From an uncultured Phycisphaerales bacterium (GTDB lineage: Bacteria; Planctomycetota; Phycisphaerae; Tepidisphaerales; Tepidisphaeraceae), in assembly GCA_963755915.1 (NCBI GenBank), contig CAVWLP010000002.1, positions 2,176,001 to 2,240,000 on the forward strand: a DNA stretch of 64,000 nucleotides. Reading direction: 5' to 3'. Of the stretch, positions 20,606 to 31,248 are shown one piece after another (within the stretch, counting starts at the first letter, position 1; each line of letters starts with the position of its first letter). The translations under genes were made by a program, and so were the position numbers. The notes beneath the pieces were generated by a model, which saw only the letters and a list, made by a program, of their open reading frames with translations, was not told where the DNA came from and ran no database searches.

Positions 20606-21340
20606 TTAATTCTTCCGGTTCCCCAGAATCCGCAGCAGGAACAGGAACATATTGATGAAATCGAGGTAAAGGACCAGCGCCCCGACGATCGACATTCGTG
20701 CCGCCAGGGCGGAGTTGCCCCCGATGCTCAGGGCCATCTGGCGAAGCCGCTGCGTGTCGTAAGCCGTCAGCCCTGCGAAGATGATCACGCCCGCATAGGA
20801 GACCAGCCAGTAAAGCGCGCTGCTGGCGACGAAGATGTTGATGATGGAGGCCACGATCAGCCCGATCAGGGCCATGAACATAATCTTGCCCAGGCTGGTC
20901 AGATCGGTCTTCGTGACCATCCCATAGACGCTCATCACCGCGAACATCGACGCACAGGCGGCAAATGTGGCGCCGATGCTCGGCAGCGTATAAACCAGGA
21001 AAATGACTGACAGCATCAGCCCGTTGAGGGCTGCGAAGACGAGGAAGAGCAATGTGGCCATCGTGGCGTTGATGGCCCGGATCGCGCTGGAGATCACCAC
21101 GACCAGAACCAACTCGGCGATGAAGATCCCGATGGCCGCGCCGGGGCTCCTGACCGATTGCATCGCCGCCGGGTGCGTGTAGACGAGCCAGCCGACCACC
21201 GCGGTCAGGGCCAGCCCAACGGACATCCACGCGTAGACGGCATTGAAGAATTGGACCATCACGCCTTGGCCGGTGTAGTCCGCTTCGTAGTCCAGGGGCT
21301 GCGATCTGCCGGCCATTGGTTGGGGATTCCACATGCTCAT
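20606..21340 (-). CDS. Bax inhibitor-1/YccA family membrane protein
   Basis: About seven TM segments, TAYDTQ, LYLDFINMF. Confidence 0.9.
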   Translation of the reverse strand: MSMWNPQPMAGRSQPLDYEADYTGQGVMVQFFNAVYAWMSVGLALTAVVGWLVYTHPAAMQSVRSPGAAIGIFIAELVLVVVISSAIRAINATMATLLFLVFAALNGLMLSVIFLVYTLPSIGATFAACASMFAVMSVYGMVTKTDLTSLGKIMFMALIGLIVASIINIFVASSALYWLVSYAGVIIFAGLTAYDTQRLRQMALSIGGNSALAARMSIVGALVLYLDFINMFLFLLRILGNRKN

Positions 21341-21408
21341 AGTTATACGTCTCCTTAATTGGCTTCAGGGGGATTGTATAGCCGGGTTGGCACTGGGGTC
21401 CAGTGAAA

Positions 21409-21482
21409 CGCACCCGGCAGGATTCGAACCTGCGACCGGTGGATTAGAAATCCACTGCTCTATCCATCTGAGCTACGGGTGC
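21409..21482 (-). tRNA. tRNA-Arg(TCT)
   Basis: Reverse complement GCACCCGTAGCTCAG...GTGGAT-TTCTAA-TCCAC...GGTTCGAATCC...CGGGTGC. Confidence 0.93.
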
Positions 21483-21550
21483 TCCGGATGGTTAATTTAC
21501 ATTTGGAGGGCATGAGTTGCGAGTTGCGAGTTGCGAGGGAAGATGGAGGC

Positions 21551-22891
21551 ATGACGATTCTTGGCCTCGACGTCGGCAGCTCTTCGATCAAGGCGGGGAT
21601 CGTGCGCGAGGGTCGGATCATCGGCCGGCTGGCCGTCTCGGGATATTCGACGCGCTTCGACGGAACGAAGGCGGAGGTCGATCCCGAAAAAGTTCTGGCC
21701 GCCATCGCGCGGGCGATTGGGGAATTGGGTGAGCACGCCCGGCGCGTCGATGCCATCGGGCTTTCCGTGATGGGCCCGGCCTGGGTGGCGATGGATTCTT
21801 CGGGCCGGGCGATTACGCCGATCGTCACCCATCAGGATCGGCGGAGCGTGGTCGAGGCGCGGGAGCTTTTAGATCGGGTAGGCGAGAAGACGTTTTTGCA
21901 GATCGCCGGGAATTTGCCGTTTCCGGGGAGCATGACCGTTACGAATTATGCGTGGTACGCGAAGCACGAGCCGGGCGTGATTCGGCGGGCGGATCTGATC
22001 GGGCATCTCAATACCTTTTTGCATCGCCAGTTCACCGGGGCGAGGGTCATCGATCCTTCGAATGCTTCGTTTACCGGGATGTATGAGACAATGAAGTTGG
22101 GCGGATGGAGCAGAGAGATTTGCGACGCGGCGGGGGTGGCGATCTCGAAGTTGCCGGAGATTGTTTCGGCTGATCGGACGCCGGGAAAGGTTACCAAGCG
22201 AGCGGCGGGCCGGTTTGGAATAACGGCGGGAACGCCGGTCTTTACGGGGATGATTGATACCGGGGCGGCACTGATGCTCTGGGGGCCGCGCGAGGGGCAG
22301 CTTATTAATGTGAGCGGGTCGACGGATGTTTTGATGCTTTGCACGACGCGCCCCCGGCCTCATCCGAAACTGCTGACGCGGGCGCTGGGGGTGGGAGATT
22401 TTATGCTGTCGGTTTCTTCAATCGCGGCGGCGGGGTCTTCAATTCATTGGATGAAGGAGGAGTTTTTTCGCGAGATGAGCGAGGGAAAGTTTTATGGGCT
22501 GGTGAGGAAGCTGGCGAGAACAAAGCCGCCCCCTCCCCATCCCTCCCCCGGAGTACCGGGGGCGGGGGAAGGAGCGGTGGTGTTTGAGCCCTATTTGGCG
22601 GGGGATCGGGCGAGCATCGAGCAGAAGCGGGCGGCCTTTCACGGCCTGACGCTCTCCACCACGCGCGAGCAGATGCTCCTGGCGGTGATCGACGCGCTGG
22701 CCAAAGCCAGCGGTGAGCGATTGAAGTTGCTCAAATTCACCGGCGCAAAGATGCGGCGCAAGGTCTTTGTCAGCGGCGGAACGGCGCGGGTGATGGGCGA
22801 GGTGCTGCATCGGGATTGGCCGGGGAAGTGGAAGTTTGAGGCGGAGAGAGAGGCGTCGCTTAGGGGGCTTTCATGCATTGAGCCCGTCTGA
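21551..22891 (+). CDS. FGGY-family carbohydrate kinase (xylulokinase-like)
   Basis: ILGLDVGSSSIKA, QDRRS, DPSNASFTG, FEPYLAGDR. Confidence 0.85.
   Translation: MTILGLDVGSSSIKAGIVREGRIIGRLAVSGYSTRFDGTKAEVDPEKVLAAIARAIGELGEHARRVDAIGLSVMGPAWVAMDSSGRAITPIVTHQDRRSVVEARELLDRVGEKTFLQIAGNLPFPGSMTVTNYAWYAKHEPGVIRRADLIGHLNTFLHRQFTGARVIDPSNASFTGMYETMKLGGWSREICDAAGVAISKLPEIVSADRTPGKVTKRAAGRFGITAGTPVFTGMIDTGAALMLWGPREGQLINVSGSTDVLMLCTTRPRPHPKLLTRALGVGDFMLSVSSIAAAGSSIHWMKEEFFREMSEGKFYGLVRKLARTKPPPPHPSPGVPGAGEGAVVFEPYLAGDRASIEQKRAAFHGLTLSTTREQMLLAVIDALAKASGERLKLLKFTGAKMRRKVFVSGGTARVMGEVLHRDWPGKWKFEAEREASLRGLSCIEPV
22528..22569. repeat. REP-like palindrome family A, intragenic copy
   Basis: GCCCCCTCCCCATCCCTCCCCCGGAGTACCGGGGGCGGGGGA, translated as PPPHPSPGVPGAGE. 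Confidence 0.75.
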
Positions 22892-22923
22892 AGCGAATTT
22901 CGACTTTCGAATTTTCATCCCCC

Positions 22924-23316
22924 CTAGTCTTCCATCATCAACGCCTGGAGCTGGTCCAGCGCCTTGTCGTCCTGGCCCGTTTGTTTGTAGAGATTGAAGA
23001 GGACCAGATGGATTTGCCGCCGTACGGCGGCGTTGTGGGTGTCGTACATGGCCTTGGTGAGCCAGTCGATTTCCACCTGCGGTTCCTTGGTGGCTTTCAG
23101 GAACTCATCCGCCTGGATGACGGCCTGGACGCCGGCCATTTCGGGGTCCTTGGCGATGCCGGCGGCGTGCTCGATGTTCCAGAGGTAGAGGGCCAGCGCC
23201 TGGCCGTGCTCTTCGCCGCCGGGGGGCGGTCCGGGAGTGTAGTCGTCTGCCCTTAGCAGCCCGCTTATTCCCGCGGCGAGGACTGCGGGGGCTAGAATCA
23301 TTGCCAGCTTATTCAT
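22924..23316 (-). CDS. Secreted helical hypothetical protein
   Basis: Signal-peptide-like start, GGAGG RBS. Confidence 0.6.
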   Translation of the reverse strand: MNKLAMILAPAVLAAGISGLLRADDYTPGPPPGGEEHGQALALYLWNIEHAAGIAKDPEMAGVQAVIQADEFLKATKEPQVEIDWLTKAMYDTHNAAVRRQIHLVLFNLYKQTGQDDKALDQLQALMMED

Positions 23317-23419
23317 AAGACCTCCCAAAGGTTAGTGAGCGGTTAGACCGATTGTGCATTAGATATCGCGACGATATCCTACCCGGCCCGCAAGGATGTT
23401 CTAGAAAGAAAGACCTACA

Positions 23420-25270
23420 ATGAACCAGGTGCGTAACAATATTCGCAATGTCGCAATCATCGCCCATGTCGATCACGGGAAGACGACGCTGGTGGACGCG
23501 CTGCTGCGCCAGAGCGGCAATTTCAGGGACAGCCAGGTGCAGCAGGATACGCTGCTGGACTCCAATCCGCTGGAGCGGGAGAGGGGAATCACCATTCTGG
23601 CCAAGAACGTGGCGATCAATTACGTCGGGCCGGATGGGCAGACTACGAAGATTAACCTGATTGATACGCCTGGGCACGCCGATTTTGGCGGGGAAGTGGA
23701 GCGGGTTTTGGGGATGGCGGATGGGGTGTTTCTGCTGGTGGACGCGGCCGAGGGGCCGATGCCGCAGACGCGGTTTGTGCTCAAGAAGGCGTTTCAGCAT
23801 GAGCTTCGGCCGATCGTGGTGATCAACAAGATCGACCGGCAGGATGCGCGGGCGCACCAGGTGCTTGATGAAGTGTTTGATCTGTTCGTCGAGCTGGGGG
23901 CGGATGACGAGACGCTCGATTTTCCGGTGCTCTACGCCAGCGGCAGGGCGGGAACGGCTTCGTGGCATCTTGAGCAGCCGGGGAAGGATATCCTGCCGGT
24001 GTTCGAGGCGCTGCTGAAACACGTGCCGGCGCCGCATGGTGATCCGGATAAGTCGCTGCAGATTCAGATCAGCAGCATTCAATATAACGACTATGTCGGC
24101 CGGATCGGCGTGGGGAGAATTTTTAACGGGAAGATCCGCAGCAAGCAGCAGGTGATCGTGGCCCGGCGCGATGGGACGCAGATCAAGACCAAGGCCCAGC
24201 AGGTGCAGGTGTTTGATGGGCTGGGGCGCAAGGATGTCGAGGAGGCGGAGGCGGGGGATATCGTGGCGCTGATCGGGCTGGAATCGGTGGATATCGCGGA
24301 TTCGATTTGCGATCCGATCGATCCGCATCCGCTGGAGGCGACGGAGATCGAGCCGCCGACGCTGACGATGATGTTCAGCGTGAACGATTCGCCGTTTGTG
24401 GGCAAGGAGGGGAAATATGTAACCAGCCGGAATCTGCGCGAGCGTTTGTTCAAGGAGCTGGAGAGCAATGTTGCTCTGAAGGTGGAAGAGACGGCCAATA
24501 AAGACGCGTTCAAGGTTTCCGGCGCGGGCTGCTGCATCTGGGGATATTGATCGAGAACATGCGGCGGGAGGGGTATGAGCTTTCGATCAGCAAGCCGCAC
24601 GTGATTTTGAAGAAGGATGACGCGGGAAACACGCTGGAGCCGATTGAGTATCTGGTCATCGACGTTCCCGAAAAGAGCATGGGCGGCGTGATGGAACTGG
24701 CGGGGAATCGCCGCGGCGAACTGGTGCGAATGGACAACCGCGATGGGCACGTGCACCTGGAATTCACGATTCCCGCGCGGGTTGATCGGATTGCGGACCC
24801 GCATCCTGACGGCCACGCAGGGGCAGGCGATCATGCACCACAATTTCCACGAATATGCGGCCATGCGCGGCGAGGTGCCGGCGCGGAACAATGGGGTGAT
24901 GATTTCCAACGTGGCGGCGAGCGTGAACGCGTATGCGCTCAATACGCTTCAGGAGAGGGGCGTGATGTTTGTCGAGCCGACCGAGCCGGTTTATGAGGGG
25001 CAGGTGGTGGGGGAGCATTGCCGGGAGGACGACATCGTCGTCAATCCGACGAAGGCGAAGAAGCTGTCGAACATGCGGACGACGGGGAGCGATGAGAACA
25101 TTATTCTGAAGCCGGCGCGGAAGATGACGCTGGAGCAGGCGCTGGAATATATCGAGGAGGATGAGCTGGTGGAGGTAACGCCGGGGAGCATTCGGCTAAG
25201 GAAGGACCTGCTGACGGAGAATCTGAGGAAGCGGGCCAATCGGAAGCAGACGGCGACGGTGGAAGCGTAG
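23420..25270 (+). CDS. typA: Translational GTPase TypA/BipA, frameshifts near 24525 and 24780
   Basis: [50 protein letters not shown]. Confidence 0.93.
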
Positions 25271-25344
25271 GATTCGAGGATCCGCCAAGTGAAATCCGAT
25301 GCCGCGCTTCCCCAGCGGCGGGCGACTCGCATATCATCGGGCAC

Positions 25345-26061
25345 ATGCCCCGCCCCCTCATCGGCATCACGATCGACACCCACGACGACGGCGACAAATA
25401 CGAATCGCCGTTTTCGTACGCGAAATCCGTCGAGATCGCCGGCGGATTGCCGCTGCTGATTCCGTATCAGACGGATCTTTCGCTCATTCCACAGATCGTC
25501 GATGCGTTTGACGGGATTCTTTTCAGCGGAGGGAACGATCTGGACCCGGCGGCGTATGGGCAGACGTGGCATCTCATGGCGCAGCGGATCGATCCGGCGC
25601 GGCAGAAATTTGAGATGGCCCTGCTCGCGGAAGTCGAGCGGCGAAGGACGCCGATTCTGGGGATTTGCCTGGGGTCGCAGGTGATGAATGTTTATCGGGG
25701 CGGGAGTCTGCACCAGTTTCTGCCGGATGTCGATCGTGCCGAGGCGCTGGAGCATCGCAAGGTTGGGAAGGATCTGACCCGGCACCAGGTGACGCTCGAT
25801 CCGAATTCAAAAATCGGAAAGGCCATTGGCAAATCGGAGATTTCGGTGAACACGTATCATAAGCAATCGGCCGACCGGCTGGGGCGGGGGCTGCGGGTGA
25901 TCGCGACGGCGCCGGACGGCGTCATCGAGGGATTTGAGGATCCGTCGTTTCCGCTCTTCGCGGCGGTGCAGTGGCATCCGGAGCGGCTGAGCAATGAGCC
26001 GGAGCATCTGGCGCCGTTTAAATTGCTCGTGGAAGCGTCCAGGTCCCCGGGCCAAAAGTAA
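25345..26061 (+). CDS. Peptidase C26 / PuuD-like glutamine amidotransferase
   Basis: PLIGIT, LGICLG, VNTYHKQ, VQWHPE. Confidence 0.88.
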   Translation: MPRPLIGITIDTHDDGDKYESPFSYAKSVEIAGGLPLLIPYQTDLSLIPQIVDAFDGILFSGGNDLDPAAYGQTWHLMAQRIDPARQKFEMALLAEVERRRTPILGICLGSQVMNVYRGGSLHQFLPDVDRAEALEHRKVGKDLTRHQVTLDPNSKIGKAIGKSEISVNTYHKQSADRLGRGLRVIATAPDGVIEGFEDPSFPLFAAVQWHPERLSNEPEHLAPFKLLVEASRSPGQK

Positions 26062-26071
26062 GGGTGAACCC

Positions 26072-27262
26072 ATGAAATCATTTCAATTAGCGGCGGCAGT
26101 GTCGTTTTTTCTGGTGGCCTGCCTGAGCGAAATCGCGTCGGCCGGGCAGGCGGCGCCGCGGCCGGTGGTGACGCTTTCTCCCTCGGCGGACAACTCCGGC
26201 GCGATTCAAGCCGCCTGGCTTGCAGGCAAGGACGTCCTGCTTTCGCCCGGCGTGTATACGATCGAGCACATCATCCGCCGCCCGGCGCACGCGATGCTTC
26301 GTGGCGTAAATCGGCAGGTGGTGATCCTGATGCCGGCGGCGAACCAGGACCTGATCCAGGGAAGCGGTCTGCTGTCCGGCGAGTATCACGACACCGGCTC
26401 GGACAACGACGGAGGGGGGTTCAGCGATTTCACGTTCGATGCCACCGATTTTCCCGGGATCAACCTCTACCACGAGGATGCCGCCGAGCCGGGGCTGGTT
26501 TTCAAAAATCTGCGCATCATCGCGGGTCAGGGAGGGCAATGTAATTCCGTCGGCGCGAAGTGGACGAACATCGAAGTCATTCACGGGTCGCTATATTCCA
26601 ACTCCGACGGCGTGACGTTTTCGGATATTTCCTTTTTCGGGCGGCCCACGGCGCCCACGAACGAGTTTCTGCTGGGCGGCAGCAACGTGACGGTTCAGCA
26701 TGGTTTGTGGAGAAACACGCAGCGCGGGATCGTGATTCGCTGGGCGATGAATAATGCGCTGTTCAAGGACCTGGATTTTGAAGACGTATGCGCCGATCCC
26801 GAGAACGCCAACGAGGTGATTCTTCAAGAGTCGGGCGGCCCACTCACGAATTCGCTGTTCGACACGGTTCAGATCCACGGTTGCCGGGGCCGGCCGCTCG
26901 CGCTGGATGCTGGCGGGGCCACGGGTAACACGTTCATCCGCTTCGACATCGATGGCGGGGAGGGCGTTTCCATCGGTTACAAGAACGACATGGGACAGAA
27001 CGTCACCCGGAACCATTTTACGCAGTTTGAGATGCGCAACGTCGTACACTTCGCCTTCAACGCCGCCTGGGGCAACGTGCTGGATAACTGCGCGATCGTC
27101 AATATCTGCCCGAGCTGGACGAACCAGTTCAATTTCAACCCAAGGTGCTTTCAACGGCAGGCAGCTATCGTCGGCGCCGACCGGAACACGGTTGATTATC
27201 CAAACACAGTGCGCGTCATCGGCCTGCCGGAGGGATGGGTAATCGGCGCGGGCGGACAGTGA
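26072..27262 (+). CDS. Secreted putative right-handed beta-helix protein
   Basis: Signal peptide, AIQAA...VLLSPGVYTI start and Asn-rich beta repeats. Confidence 0.6.
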   Translation: MKSFQLAAAVSFFLVACLSEIASAGQAAPRPVVTLSPSADNSGAIQAAWLAGKDVLLSPGVYTIEHIIRRPAHAMLRGVNRQVVILMPAANQDLIQGSGLLSGEYHDTGSDNDGGGFSDFTFDATDFPGINLYHEDAAEPGLVFKNLRIIAGQGGQCNSVGAKWTNIEVIHGSLYSNSDGVTFSDISFFGRPTAPTNEFLLGGSNVTVQHGLWRNTQRGIVIRWAMNNALFKDLDFEDVCADPENANEVILQESGGPLTNSLFDTVQIHGCRGRPLALDAGGATGNTFIRFDIDGGEGVSIGYKNDMGQNVTRNHFTQFEMRNVVHFAFNAAWGNVLDNCAIVNICPSWTNQFNFNPRCFQRQAAIVGADRNTVDYPNTVRVIGLPEGWVIGAGGQ

Positions 27263-27280
27263 AACTGACGGGATGAAGGC

Positions 27281-28771
27281 ATGGAGCAATCGGATCTGCG
27301 GGTTCAAGCAACGGGCACGGCATTCGGGATTTTGCCGGTGAGCGGGCGCTCGCCGATCACGGTGATCGGCACGGAGGCGATCCGCGCGGGGTTTGACGCG
27401 AAATGCCTTCAGCAGGCGGTCAATTCCCGGCTGGCGCCGGGGGTGACGGAGCTGGTGCTGAATCCGGATGCGCATGCGGGGTATGGAGCGCCCGTTGGGT
27501 GCGTGATGGTTTCGCCGACGCATATTTATCCGGGGCCGGTGGGCGTGGACATCAAATGTTCGATGAGTTTGCTTCAGACCGATATTCCCGCCGATGCGGT
27601 GGCGGATCGAAAGATTCGCCGGGCGCTGATCGACGCGATTAGCCAGCGGCTTCCCACCGGGGCGGGGCGCGGGCAAAGGTCTGCGCCGAAGAGCCGGAAG
27701 ATCGGGCGCGAGGCGGGGATGAAAATCGTGGCGCAGGGCGCCAGCGAGGAAGTGTGCGAAGCGATCGGCATCCCGGCGGATTGGCCTTCGCGGTGCGAGG
27801 ACAGCCATCACCTGGGCCACGATGGCTCGGGGGATTCGCTGCTGCGCCGTCTGGAGCAGAACCTGCGCGGGCAGCAACTTTCGCTGTTCGATTCGAAGAT
27901 TTCGCAGCTTGGATCGTATGGCGGGGGGAACCATTTCGGAGAATGCGAGATCGTCTCGATTGAGGACGGCGAGGATGCCCGCGCGGTGGCCGAGGTGTTT
28001 GGACTGAAGGACAACTGCGTCGCCTTCCTCTCGCACTGCGGCTCGCGCGGGTTTGGGCATAACCTGGCGATGGGGCAGTTTCGCTCACTTCAAGATCATT
28101 TTTCGAAATGGACGATTCCGCTGCCTGGCAACGACCGCGAGCTGGTTTACGCCCCGCTGGGCACGCCCGAGGCGGATGCCTATCTTGACGACATGGCGCT
28201 GGGGGCGAACTTCGCCACGGTGAATCACATGCTGATCAACGCGCAGGTGCTGGAGGCTTTTCAGGAGGTGTTGCCGGGCACGAAAGGGACGCTGGTTTAT
28301 TTCATCAGCCACAACATCGCGCGGCAGGAGATCGTGGACAATCGTCTTGCATGGGTTCACCGCAAAGGGGCGACGCGCGCTTTTCCGGCACACCACCCCG
28401 GTTTGCGCGGGACGCCGTTCGAATCGACGGGGCATCCGATTCTTCTGCCGGGGAATCCGCGCGAAGGGAGCGTGATTATGGTCGCCGGCGAAGGGGCGGC
28501 GAAGAGCTGCTTTAGCGTCAACCACGGCGCCGGGCGGCGAATGGGCCGGAAAGACGCGATCCGCCGGCTGGATCAGGCGGCGATCGACAGTGAGCTGGAG
28601 GCTCATGATATTTTGAGCAATTGCCGGCAGTATCCGAAGGATGAAGCGCCGGATGCGTATAAGGACTTTTTTGAGGTGGTAAAGTCGGTGGAGCTTGCGG
28701 GGTTGGCGAAGCCGGTGGCACATTTGAAGGCCAGGTTCGTCATAAAGGATGGGGGAGAGGCGGATGATTGA
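27281..28771 (+). CDS. rtcB: RtcB-family RNA ligase
   Basis: PDAHAGYG, VGVDIKC, GGGNHF, HCGSRG, HRKGA, HGAGR, DEAPDAYK. Confidence 0.9.
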   Translation: MEQSDLRVQATGTAFGILPVSGRSPITVIGTEAIRAGFDAKCLQQAVNSRLAPGVTELVLNPDAHAGYGAPVGCVMVSPTHIYPGPVGVDIKCSMSLLQTDIPADAVADRKIRRALIDAISQRLPTGAGRGQRSAPKSRKIGREAGMKIVAQGASEEVCEAIGIPADWPSRCEDSHHLGHDGSGDSLLRRLEQNLRGQQLSLFDSKISQLGSYGGGNHFGECEIVSIEDGEDARAVAEVFGLKDNCVAFLSHCGSRGFGHNLAMGQFRSLQDHFSKWTIPLPGNDRELVYAPLGTPEADAYLDDMALGANFATVNHMLINAQVLEAFQEVLPGTKGTLVYFISHNIARQEIVDNRLAWVHRKGATRAFPAHHPGLRGTPFESTGHPILLPGNPREGSVIMVAGEGAAKSCFSVNHGAGRRMGRKDAIRRLDQAAIDSELEAHDILSNCRQYPKDEAPDAYKDFFEVVKSVELAGLAKPVAHLKARFVIKDGGEADD

Positions 28772-28800
28772 AGACGGTGACGGCTGAAAGCGACAGGGCC

Positions 28801-29835
28801 ATGTCCGAGGAGCTGCCGTGCCACGGCTGCGGATATGACCTTCGCGCCCATCCGGAGGAAGGGGTCCGCCCGGAGTGCGGGGCGTCAGTTGCCGAGGCGC
28901 GGCAATGGGCGGCGATTCCGCGTCGCCCGGCCTGGAATGAGAGCGACCCGCGATGGCGGCGGCGGATGCTTGCCGGGGTTTGGGTGCTGGTTCTGATCCC
29001 GCTGATGGATTTGCTCCAGAAGCTCGGATGGGCCTCGCTTGTGCCCGTGCCGACTTTCCTCAATAGCGGCCCCTTCAGCTTGGAGGAAACATTTTTGTGC
29101 AGTATGGGCGTGTATCCACTCATCCTCTTCTGTATTGGGACGGTATTGTTCTTCTCCAAAGAGCGCGGACACCGCCCGAGCCGATTGGATTGGACGCGTC
29201 GCTGGGGAATCATCTGCACTTACGTCGTGGCGCTGCTTAGCACCGCGATAACGCTCTTCATGCCGGCCCTGGTATTGGCGGGCATATCAGCCATCTTCAT
29301 GGCCATGCCGCTGAAATACCAGCCTGGCGTGACGCCATTGTTCGGTGAATTGGGCTGGATATACCTTCGCTACGGACCCCTTCCAAAGGGGATCACATAC
29401 TGCGTGCTGGTTACGTTTTCGTGGATGACGATTCTGCTGGCGTGCGTGCCGCTTTGGGAAGCGCTTTGCAGCAGCGGTTCGAAACGCTTCGCGAAAATTC
29501 TTCTTGCGCCGCTGGCTTTGTTCGCACTGATGAACATCGCCGAGGCCGGCTTGCTCGCAATTGGCTATTTACCATTGTCCCTGGCGGACCCGTTCTTCCG
29601 GCTCGGCCCATATTTCAGACCGGCTGCGCTCGTATGGAACACTGCCGGTTTCCGGTGGGCGCTTGGGTGGATTGTTACACCACAACCCGGACTAAACCTG
29701 ATTGCTGTCGAAGTTATCAAGTGGAGTATCATTTTTGCGATTGCCGTCGGGCTGAGCGTTGCGCAACTGGCGGCCTGGCGGAAAAAACGAACGGCGCGAC
29801 ATGCGAATAATGCCGGCGAAAGCCAAAAATGTTGA
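28801..29835 (+). CDS. Membrane protein with degenerate N-terminal Zn ribbon (paralog 1)
   Basis: CHGCGYDLR...RPECG followed by multiple TM segments. Confidence 0.75.
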   Translation: MSEELPCHGCGYDLRAHPEEGVRPECGASVAEARQWAAIPRRPAWNESDPRWRRRMLAGVWVLVLIPLMDLLQKLGWASLVPVPTFLNSGPFSLEETFLCSMGVYPLILFCIGTVLFFSKERGHRPSRLDWTRRWGIICTYVVALLSTAITLFMPALVLAGISAIFMAMPLKYQPGVTPLFGELGWIYLRYGPLPKGITYCVLVTFSWMTILLACVPLWEALCSSGSKRFAKILLAPLALFALMNIAEAGLLAIGYLPLSLADPFFRLGPYFRPAALVWNTAGFRWALGWIVTPQPGLNLIAVEVIKWSIIFAIAVGLSVAQLAAWRKKRTARHANNAGESQKC

Positions 29836-29892
29836 AGATCGATCCAAGAACCTTTACCCGGTTTCGCCTTGAAGGCTGACGCTGACAGCGCC

Positions 29893-30909
29893 ATGTCCGA
29901 TGAGCTGCTGTGCCACGGCTGCGGATATGACCTGCGCGCCCATCCAGAGGATGGGGTCTGCCCGGAGTGCGGGGCATCGGTTGCCGAGGCACGGCAATGG
30001 GCGGCGATTCCGCGTCGCCCGGCCTGGAAAGAGAGCGACCCGCGTTGGCGTCGGCGGATGCTTGCCGGCGTTTGGGTGCTGGCTCTGATACCACTGGTCG
30101 ATGTGCTGGAGAAGTTCGGATGGGCCTCGCTGGTGCCCGTGCCGAGTTTCTTTAATGATGGCCCGGCCACCTTGAACGAGACGTTTTTGTGCGCCGTGAA
30201 TGTGTATCCGCCGATCCTCTTCTGTATCGGGACGGTTTTGCTCTTCTCCAAAGAGCGGGGACGGCGTCCGAGCCGATTGGATTGGACCCGTCGCTGGGGG
30301 ATCATCTGCTGTTACGTCGTGGCGCTGCTCACCACCGCGCTGAAGCTCTTTCTGCCGGCGCTGGTAATGGCGGGTATATCAGCCCTCTTCATGGACATGC
30401 CGCCGAAAAACCAGCCGAGGGTGACGCAATTGTTTGTTGAGCTGAGTTGGAGATACCTTCGCTACGGACCGTATCCAAAGACGATCAATTACTGCGTACT
30501 GGATGCGTTCTCGTCGATGACGATTCTGCTGGCGTGCATGCCGCTTTGGGAGGCGCTTTGCAGCAGCGGCCTGAAACGGGTTGCGAGAATCCTGCTTGTG
30601 CCGCTGGTCCTGTTGGCACTGATGAACGTCGCGGAGGCTGGTTTGGTTGCGATTGGGTTTTCACCGTTGTTGGGGGCGGACCCGTTCTACCGGCTTGGGC
30701 CATATTTCAGGCCGGCGATCCTCGTGTGGAACACGACCGGGTATCCGTTGGGAATTATTCCACAACCCGGACTGGGCCTGTTTGTCGTCGAAGTTGCGAA
30801 GTGGAGTATTATTTTTGCGATCGCCGTGTGGCTGAGCGTTGCGCAACTGGTGGCGCGGCGCAACAAGGTCAACTCGGCTATTCTCAAACGGTCGGGTGCT
30901 GCGGCATAG
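29893..30909 (+). CDS. Membrane protein with N-terminal Zn ribbon (paralog 2)
   Basis: CHGCGYDLR...CPECG; collinear with paralog 1. Confidence 0.75.
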   Translation: MSDELLCHGCGYDLRAHPEDGVCPECGASVAEARQWAAIPRRPAWKESDPRWRRRMLAGVWVLALIPLVDVLEKFGWASLVPVPSFFNDGPATLNETFLCAVNVYPPILFCIGTVLLFSKERGRRPSRLDWTRRWGIICCYVVALLTTALKLFLPALVMAGISALFMDMPPKNQPRVTQLFVELSWRYLRYGPYPKTINYCVLDAFSSMTILLACMPLWEALCSSGLKRVARILLVPLVLLALMNVAEAGLVAIGFSPLLGADPFYRLGPYFRPAILVWNTTGYPLGIIPQPGLGLFVVEVAKWSIIFAIAVWLSVAQLVARRNKVNSAILKRSGAAA

Positions 30910-31045
30910 AGGCGGACGATCAGGAACAGGCGACTTATCTGGCATCGCCCATGCCCATTGGCGACAACCTACATCCAGCGGTATAACACCAGCGTCCGGA
31001 AGCGGAAACGATAAAGTTGATCCGATTTCCGTCCGAATAAATCCC

Positions 31046-31063
31046 GGCCGAGTACCCAAGCGG
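31046..31063 (+). repeat. Left att core (copy of tRNA-Cys nt 1-18)
   Basis: Identical to 38727-38744. Confidence 0.9.
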
Positions 31064-31245
31064 GGTACGGGGAATCTCAAAAAACCTCGGAAAAACGGGG
31101 TGTCCCTGAATCTGCGGACCACCAGTTGGACCACGCCACGGGGAAAGGCAATGAACTGCAAGCGGTGATTGAGTTATGGGACAAGCTCCCGCAAGCCGCA
31201 CGGCAAGCAATTCTGGCAACGATCCGAGCGGCGAAGGGGAAATGA
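31063..31245 (+). other. Detached 3' segment of the integrase gene (60 codons plus stop)
   Basis: Open and in frame with the integrase across the att core: GYGESQK...ELQAVIELWDKLPQAARQAILATIRAAKGK*. Confidence 0.7.
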
Positions 31246-31248
31246 GCC

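Noticed and set aside
21513-21537. Short GAGTTGC tandem repeat upstream of tRNA-Arg and the kinase
   Set aside because: Only about three units; no evidence of function.
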